From: Gemmatimonadaceae bacterium
GTDB lineage: Bacteria > Gemmatimonadota > Gemmatimonadetes > Gemmatimonadales > Gemmatimonadaceae
DNA length: 64,000 nucleotides
Direction: 5' to 3'
Assembly: GCA_045803545.1 (NCBI GenBank)
Contig: JBJMOW010000004.1
Location: 320,001-384,000, forward strand
Numbering within the stretch: the stretch's first letter is position 1; each line of letters starts with the position of its first letter. This document shows, piece after piece, positions 58,290 through 64,000 of the stretch. A program made the translations under genes and the position numbers. The notes under the pieces were generated by a model that made no database searches, was not told the origin of the DNA, and saw only the letters and a program-made list of their open reading frames with translations.

Positions 58290-58816
58290 AGTCGCTGCTC
58301 CACGATTGCCCACTCTTCGACCATCGCGACGCCGTTCTCTATCCGGTCAATCACTACTTCCGATCCGACCGAGAGCCGATTGCCGCTGATTGCCTTAGCA
58401 GCGACCCTCACTTGCTTACCAAATACCTCGTACCTGATCTCACCCGAGCCACCTGACTGGATATCTCGCGTGACGATCGCAAGCTGACCTTGGATCTCGT
58501 GATCGTCGCTTGGGGCAGTCGTATCGCGTAACGCCCACGTCGCCAACAGTGTGACCATACCCGCGACTGCCAACGAGCCGGCAATCGCTGCTATTACCAG
58601 TGTCACCCAGCTTGCCAGACTGGTCCGGGTAGCGAGCAAGTATCCGACGACACCAAAGCCGAAACCAAAGGCTGCGTATGACGGGAGATTGAAGAAAGGC
58701 GAAGGAGCGTGGGCGCTTTTTGGGCGTGTGTACTCGACGCCGTGCAACATCGCTATCACCGCCAGCACCAGACTGGCGATGAATGCGATGAGAAAGAGGA
58801 TCGAAAGTGCTGTCAA
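58286..58816 (-). CDS. NfeD-like membrane protein (short form, C-terminal OB fold)
   Basis: Three TM segments, then GQLAIVTRDI..GSGEI...VGSEVVIDRIENGVAMV. Confidence 0.8.
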   Translation of the reverse strand: MTALSILFLIAFIASLVLAVIAMLHGVEYTRPKSAHAPSPFFNLPSYAAFGFGFGVVGYLLATRTSLASWVTLVIAAIAGSLAVAGMVTLLATWALRDTTAPSDDHEIQGQLAIVTRDIQSGGSGEIRYEVFGKQVRVAAKAISGNRLSVGSEVVIDRIENGVAMVEEWAIVEQRL

Positions 58817-58849
58817 GCTCGACGAACGATTGGACGGTTAGCGGCGGCG

Positions 58850-59743
58850 CTATGACGCGAGGTACTTCCGGAACCACGCGATGGTTGCAGGCCATGCTGC
58901 CTTGGTAGCGTTCATGTTCGCGCCGTCCATTCCAGTCTGCTGTCTGAGAAACCCGTGACCAGCCCCCGGGTAGGTATTGTAGACATACGTGCGTCCCAAC
59001 GCCCGCAACGCTGAGTCTGCTGCCGGCACCGTCGCGTCGACGCGTGCGTCGCTTCCCGCGTACAATCCGAGTACTGGAGCCCGGACTGAGTTGAGAGCAG
59101 AGGTGGCTGGCGACACCCCGTAATAGACAACAGCCGCACCGAGATTCGGGGCGTGTACCGCATGGGCGAACGAGACACCACCGCCCCAGCAGAATCCGAC
59201 AATACCGTACTTCTGTTGGGCAGCGGGCAGTGACATTCCGTATGTGGCGACGGCATCGAGCTGCTGCTGGACCCAGTTCGGGTCGAGCGTCCTGATTGCC
59301 GCGGTAGCGAGAGGCGCAAGCACACTGTCCGGTCCGGAAGGGAGATTCTTCATCGTCAGGAGATCGAGTGCGATCGCAATGAAACCATCCGCAGCCAACT
59401 GATCGGCGACGCTTCTCACCCAGGAGGAGAGTCCAAATATCTCGTGCACGACCAATACAACCGGTGCCTTCGTGCTTCTCTCAGGATAAACAACCCATGC
59501 GCGAATGCTGTCGCCGGTTGGAGTGTGGATCATCGCCCATTCTCCGTGTCTGGGAGATGCACTCAGTCTCGCCGGCGCACCGGCGGCGTCAGGTGGCAAC
59601 GCGGAAGATTGCGTAGCAGGCGTCGAGACACTGGCGGAGTGATCGTGCGTGTCGGCGACAGCCGGAACGACCTTGGTAGTTGTGCACGCCGCTCCTGCAA
59701 TGCTGATAAGTAAGGCGACTGCGGACGTGATGTGATTGCGCAT
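58850..59743 (-). CDS. Dienelactone hydrolase family lipoprotein
   Basis: VHEIFGL, GFCWGG, YYG, D.RV, GAGHGF; lipobox GAAC. Confidence 0.92.
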   Translation of the reverse strand: MRNHITSAVALLISIAGAACTTTKVVPAVADTHDHSASVSTPATQSSALPPDAAGAPARLSASPRHGEWAMIHTPTGDSIRAWVVYPERSTKAPVVLVVHEIFGLSSWVRSVADQLAADGFIAIALDLLTMKNLPSGPDSVLAPLATAAIRTLDPNWVQQQLDAVATYGMSLPAAQQKYGIVGFCWGGGVSFAHAVHAPNLGAAVVYYGVSPATSALNSVRAPVLGLYAGSDARVDATVPAADSALRALGRTYVYNTYPGAGHGFLRQQTGMDGANMNATKAAWPATIAWFRKYLAS

Positions 59744-59744
59744 G

Positions 59745-60767
59745 TCAGCGACTCCTCTGAACAGCAGCTGCCTGCTGATGTGAAGGTTCAGCAAATGCAT
59801 TTGCAAAGAACTCTCCTACGCGATACTCCGCATAATAAAATGGACGCCATGGTCGCGAGCCAGCGACAAATCCGGCGTGTCCGCCTTTTGCCGGAAACTC
59901 AAGATCGAGCGCTGCATTGTGCTCGGCGATCTTTTTGACTTCGGTCAGTACTGCCGCTGGGAGCATTGGATCGTCAACCGCGCTTAAAAGTAACGTTTTG
60001 AGCCTAATTCGACTTAGATATGAGATCGAGCTCGACTTCTCGTAGTAGTCCTGCGCGTTCTCGAATCCGTGAAGTGGCCCAGTAATCAAATCATCGAAAC
60101 CTTCGAGAGTACGTAGGCTATGAATCCGCTCCAGTGGTGCCAGGTCGGGGTAACGGACGGCCTTCTCCAGCGCTTTGCGACGGAGAGAGTCCAGAAAAAA
60201 GCGTTGGTAGACGCGCGAAAACCCGCGATTGATCCGTGTTGAAGATCTGGAAAGGTCGAACGGAACTGATACTGCGGCTGCGGCCTTTAGCTGTGGTGGT
60301 AACCGGTCTCCCCGTTCGCCAAGAAACTTCAGCAGTACATTGCCGCCAAGTGAGACGCCGGCGATGGCGAGGGGCGTGCCTGGGTAGGTAGCGGTGATCC
60401 TTTCCAAAACGAATGTGAGATCCTCGGTCTCGCCGGAGTGATAGAAGCGCCGGGCCTTGTTGGGCTCGGAACCGCATGACCGGAAAATCAACAGATCAGC
60501 GCCCCAACCGCGGCGGACAGCTTCGTTCAACAAGCCTCGGGCATAGTGGGATCGGATGGTTCCCTCGAGGCCATGCAGCAGCAGCACGCGCGGAGTCTGC
60601 GGACTGCTGTCAACACGGTGGATTTCCAGGAAATCGCCGTCGGGAGTGTCCCAGCGCTCGATGCGGGTCGGGGCTTGCGGCTGCCGCCGGAAGAACTTTC
60701 CCCACAGTGTTTGCAGATGACCACCGGGAATCCACCACGCGGGCGAATAGATTATGTCAGCGCTCAT
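59745..60767 (-). CDS. YheT-family alpha/beta hydrolase
   Basis: GHLQT, HGLEG, RSC, FYHSG, GVSLGG, DDP, GGHAGF. Confidence 0.9.
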   Translation of the reverse strand: MSADIIYSPAWWIPGGHLQTLWGKFFRRQPQAPTRIERWDTPDGDFLEIHRVDSSPQTPRVLLLHGLEGTIRSHYARGLLNEAVRRGWGADLLIFRSCGSEPNKARRFYHSGETEDLTFVLERITATYPGTPLAIAGVSLGGNVLLKFLGERGDRLPPQLKAAAAVSVPFDLSRSSTRINRGFSRVYQRFFLDSLRRKALEKAVRYPDLAPLERIHSLRTLEGFDDLITGPLHGFENAQDYYEKSSSISYLSRIRLKTLLLSAVDDPMLPAAVLTEVKKIAEHNAALDLEFPAKGGHAGFVAGSRPWRPFYYAEYRVGEFFANAFAEPSHQQAAAVQRSR

Positions 60768-60813
60768 TTAGGAATTGTTCGGGTCCCGCCTCGTTTCGAG
60801 CAACGCAATAAAA

Positions 60814-61164
60814 TTGGAAGTGCAGATATTCGGCGTCAAAAAAAGTGCTGATACGCGCAAGGCGCTGCGGTTCTTCTCCGAAAGAAGAATAAAAACGCAC
60901 TTCGTTGATTTGATGGAGCGGCCAGCCGCGCTCGGTGAGTTGCGGCGTTTCGCTCAGAAGTTCGGAGTCGGCGCTCTAGTCGATAGAGACTCCAAACGGT
61001 TCAACGAGCTAGGGCTCCGGTATGCGCAACTTTCGGACGAGCGGTGGCTGGAAAAACTTTCCGAGGAACCCCTACTCTTGCGGCTGCCTTTGGTTCGTAG
61101 CGGAAATCAGGTGCTGATTGGAGCGGATGAAACAGTAATGCGAACCTGGACGGAGAGCCCGTGA
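60814..61164 (+). CDS. ArsC/Spx/YffB-like protein lacking cysteine
   Basis: LEVQIFGVKKSADTRKALRFF...EPLLLRLPLVR...IG; TTG start at 60814. Confidence 0.8.
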   Translation: MEVQIFGVKKSADTRKALRFFSERRIKTHFVDLMERPAALGELRRFAQKFGVGALVDRDSKRFNELGLRYAQLSDERWLEKLSEEPLLLRLPLVRSGNQVLIGADETVMRTWTESP

Positions 61165-62768
61165 CTTATCGAGTTCTGGTGACCGATGAGATCGACCCCG
61201 AAGGGGTTGCGATCCTTTCGGCAGATCCTCGGATCAAAGTCGACGAAGTTCCAACGCTGCCGAAGGAAGAGCTCCTTCTCAAGATTCTGGCGTACGACGC
61301 CATCGTCGGGCGCAGTGCGACGAAGATCTCGGCGGACCTTCTTACAAAGGCAAGCAAGCTCAAAGTCGTTGGCCGAGCCGGGGTGGGAGTCGACAACATT
61401 GCGCTCGACACGGCGACCTCGCTCGGAATTGCTGTAATCAATGCACCGGCCGGAAACACCATCGCCGTCGCCGAATTGTTCTTCGGTGCTGTGATCTCGC
61501 TGCTGCGGCACATTCCACAAGCTGACAGCTCGATGCACGCCGGTCGCTGGGACCGATCTGCTCTGCTTGGCTCAGAGCTCAAGGGACGCACACTGGGCAT
61601 CGTTGGGCTCGGCCGGATTGGCGGCGAAGTAGCTGGCCGCGCCCGCGCATTCGGGATGAATGTGATCGCGTACGACCCCTACATCGCGCAGAGCAGGTTC
61701 GAGGCGCTCAGGGTTCAGGAAAAGAAATCGTTGGAAGACCTGCTCGCCGAATCGCACGTGTTGACACTGCACACGCCACTCAATGATGAAACGACTGGTA
61801 TAATCGGCAAACGCGAGTTAAGTCGTTTGCCGCGTCAGGCGATTGTTGTGAACATGGCCCGCGGCGGCATTGTAGATGAAAAGGCTTTACTGGATGCGCT
61901 CGCAGGCGGCCACCTCCTTGGTGCGGTAATCGATGCCTACGAGAAGGAGCCACTCGCCACCGATCATCCGCTGCGTAATCACCCCAACGTTCTCCTCACG
62001 CCCCACATCGGTGCGTCAACGAGGGAGGCTCAGCGCAACGTGGCGGTTGATGTATGTGTAGCGGTTCGGGACGCGCTGTTGAGCGGGGAGTTGTCACGTT
62101 CTATCAATGTCGCCGACGTCGGTGGTCAATGGTCGGAAGTCGAACCTGCTCTCACCTTGGCGCGTCGCGCTGCTGCTGTGGGCCGGGGCATCCTGGCAAC
62201 ACAGGGAATGCGCGTCATCCAGAGAATCGATGTGCGCTCAGGCTCGGCTTTGGCGAGCGCGAAGAGTGCCTTGCTGGCATCAGCCGCGCGTGGATTGCTC
62301 GAGGGTACAGTCGAACAGGAGCGCCTGAATTTGATCAACGCGCGATCCATCGCCGAGCATCGCGGCATTGATCTCTCGACAACGGAGACTGCTGTTCAGG
62401 ACAATCCGTACGGCGTGGAAGTGAGATTGAGCGGCGGGATGCAGGAAATCGCCGTCGCCGGAACAGCACAACCCGGTTCAGGGGCACGACTGACAAGGAT
62501 TGGCGCTTTCCATGTAGACGTGCAGCCCCGCGATACGCTGTTGATCCTCACCAACAATGACGTTCCTGGTGTGATCGGCCGCGTCGGCACCCTCCTCGGT
62601 GAGGCGGGCGTTAACATCGCCGAGTACCATCAGGCTCGGCTTGCACAGGGCGGTCAGGCGCTGGCAGCGGTGTCCGTCGATGGCGATATCAGCGAGGCGG
62701 TTCGCGCTTCGCTGCTGCGACTGCCTGACGTTTCGTCGGCTGCGGTCGTCTGCTTCAATCCCGGGTGA
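61161..62768 (+). CDS. serA: D-3-phosphoglycerate dehydrogenase (long form with ASB and ACT domains)
   Basis: RAGVGVDNI, GLGRIG, NMARGG, TPHIGAST.EAQ, NDVPGVIG. Confidence 0.96.
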   Translation: MTYRVLVTDEIDPEGVAILSADPRIKVDEVPTLPKEELLLKILAYDAIVGRSATKISADLLTKASKLKVVGRAGVGVDNIALDTATSLGIAVINAPAGNTIAVAELFFGAVISLLRHIPQADSSMHAGRWDRSALLGSELKGRTLGIVGLGRIGGEVAGRARAFGMNVIAYDPYIAQSRFEALRVQEKKSLEDLLAESHVLTLHTPLNDETTGIIGKRELSRLPRQAIVVNMARGGIVDEKALLDALAGGHLLGAVIDAYEKEPLATDHPLRNHPNVLLTPHIGASTREAQRNVAVDVCVAVRDALLSGELSRSINVADVGGQWSEVEPALTLARRAAAVGRGILATQGMRVIQRIDVRSGSALASAKSALLASAARGLLEGTVEQERLNLINARSIAEHRGIDLSTTETAVQDNPYGVEVRLSGGMQEIAVAGTAQPGSGARLTRIGAFHVDVQPRDTLLILTNNDVPGVIGRVGTLLGEAGVNIAEYHQARLAQGGQALAAVSVDGDISEAVRASLLRLPDVSSAAVVCFNPG

Positions 62769-64000
62769 CGATCGAGCTACTCGACGACAAAAGTGTGCGT
62801 CAGTCATACGAGGCCGACGCATCTGGCGTGCGCCTGCTTCCGGACTTCGTTGCCCGTCCTGATTCTGTCGAGGAAGTAGTAGAAGTAATGCGTCGCGCGC
62901 GATCGGATAGTCTGCCGGTGACGTGTGCCGGCGCTCAGTCGAGCACAACGGCAGCCTCGATCACGGATCGAGGCATTCTGCTTTCGCTGCGGGGATTGGA
63001 CACAGTCTCCGACATAGATGAGAGAGGGCGCACGATAAGAGTTGGACCAGGCGCGTTCGTCGCAGATGTGAAACGGACAGCGGCAACGGCAGGTTTGCTG
63101 TTCGCTCCCGACCCGACAAGTGAGGAAGAGTCAACAATCGGTGGGGCAATCGCCTGCAATGCTTCAGGCGCGCGCACGTACAAGTACGGTGCAACGCGCA
63201 GATATGTGCAGGCGCTTACGGTGGTAATGGCGAATGGCGAAGTGAAGGAGTTTCGACGCCCAAATCTCGAAAAGAACACCGTCGGTTACGCATTCGCTCA
63301 CGATCCAATCGATTGGTTCATCGGCAGCGAAGGAACGTTGGGGATCGTCGTCGACGCCGAGCTGTCACTACTGCCGCTGCCCACTGAAGTAATCGGGCTC
63401 GCACTTTTCTTCGCGACGGAGGAGGAAGCCTTGCGATTTGTAATCGAGGCCCGAGAGAATCGCGAAGTCTCGCCACGATGCATCGAATACTTCGACAACC
63501 TCGCGCTCGAAATTGCCAGGCAAAGTCCAACAGGCTCTGCACTGCCGGCGAACGCGAACGGAATGGTTTACATCGAAGAAGAGGTTCTCCACGATGCTCA
63601 TGTCACGCTAGGTCGCTGGGCGGAGTTCGTCGGCGAATCATCTGAGATCGAACCGCTTGTGTTTCAAGGCGAGGCGAAGCTGAGAGAAGCGAGGCAGTTC
63701 CGTCACAGCATTCCGGCGACGATGAATGAGCGGGGTGGCCGGCATCGTGAAGCGGGCGGTAGAAAGGTGTCGACCGATTGGGCGGTTCCCTATCGACGCT
63801 TGCCTGAAGCCGTTGCCAGTGCCCGTCGATTTTCTCGAGACGCCGGCATCGCGCAACCGGTTATCTACGGCCACGCTGGGAACGGCCATCCGCACCAGAA
63901 CTTCATCGCAACCGATTCCGCAGACCTCTCTACCATAGAAGGGGTGGTCGAGCAAACCCTGCAGCAAGTGCTGTCGCTTGGAGGCACCGTTGCCGCCGAG
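62765..64000 (+). CDS. FAD-linked oxidase (GlcD / D-lactate / D-2-hydroxyglutarate dehydrogenase family); runs off the window end
   Basis: GTG overlaps the serA stop; FAPDPTS...TIGGAIACNASG..TYKYG, FIGSEGTLG, YGHAGNGHPH, GGTVAAE. Confidence 0.9.
   Translation, partial: MTIELLDDKSVRQSYEADASGVRLLPDFVARPDSVEEVVEVMRRARSDSLPVTCAGAQSSTTAASITDRGILLSLRGLDTVSDIDERGRTIRVGPGAFVADVKRTAATAGLLFAPDPTSEEESTIGGAIACNASGARTYKYGATRRYVQALTVVMANGEVKEFRRPNLEKNTVGYAFAHDPIDWFIGSEGTLGIVVDAELSLLPLPTEVIGLALFFATEEEALRFVIEARENREVSPRCIEYFDNLALEIARQSPTGSALPANANGMVYIEEEVLHDAHVTLGRWAEFVGESSEIEPLVFQGEAKLREARQFRHSIPATMNERGGRHREAGGRKVSTDWAVPYRRLPEAVASARRFSRDAGIAQPVIYGHAGNGHPHQNFIATDSADLSTIEGVVEQTLQQVLSLGGTVAAE

Noticed and set aside
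62935..63967. Short ORFs at the window end
   Set aside because: Shadows of the plus-strand FAD oxidase that runs off the window.

Overview
Core chromosomal replication-origin region of a moderately GC-rich bacterium. The gene content (GWxTD protein, paired M16 peptidases, M28 peptidase, KirBac, NdvB-type glucan synthase) suggests Gemmatimonadota; this is inference only. It holds mnmE-yidC-yidD-rnpA-rpmH / dnaA-oriC-dnaN, rnpB, polA, parAB with two parS sites, mnmG, a long minus-strand run (ECF sigma, anti-sigma, holA, TPR/SPOR, mutS, TonB-C, cbs, ddl, rhomboid, queF, tRNA-Phe) and an arsC-like/serA/FAD-oxidase operon. I found no transposase, integrase, prophage, CRISPR or defence island, and no clearly new multi-gene system. 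The best leads are: a beta-clamp-motif-like peptide (QMDFF) in the DnaA linker and another (QGELL) in a PolA insertion; an rnpA whose conserved N-terminus lacks a canonical start codon; a repeated IHF-like 26-bp motif, once beside a sigma54-like promoter and once among DnaA-box-like sites; a 14-aa insertion in the QueF active-site loop; cytoplasmic plus exported M16 heterodimer pairs; and small ORFs missed by the ORF track. Family assignments come from motif recognition, not database searches. Several starts were re-chosen, and one ORF-track strand label (21926..22753) is wrong.
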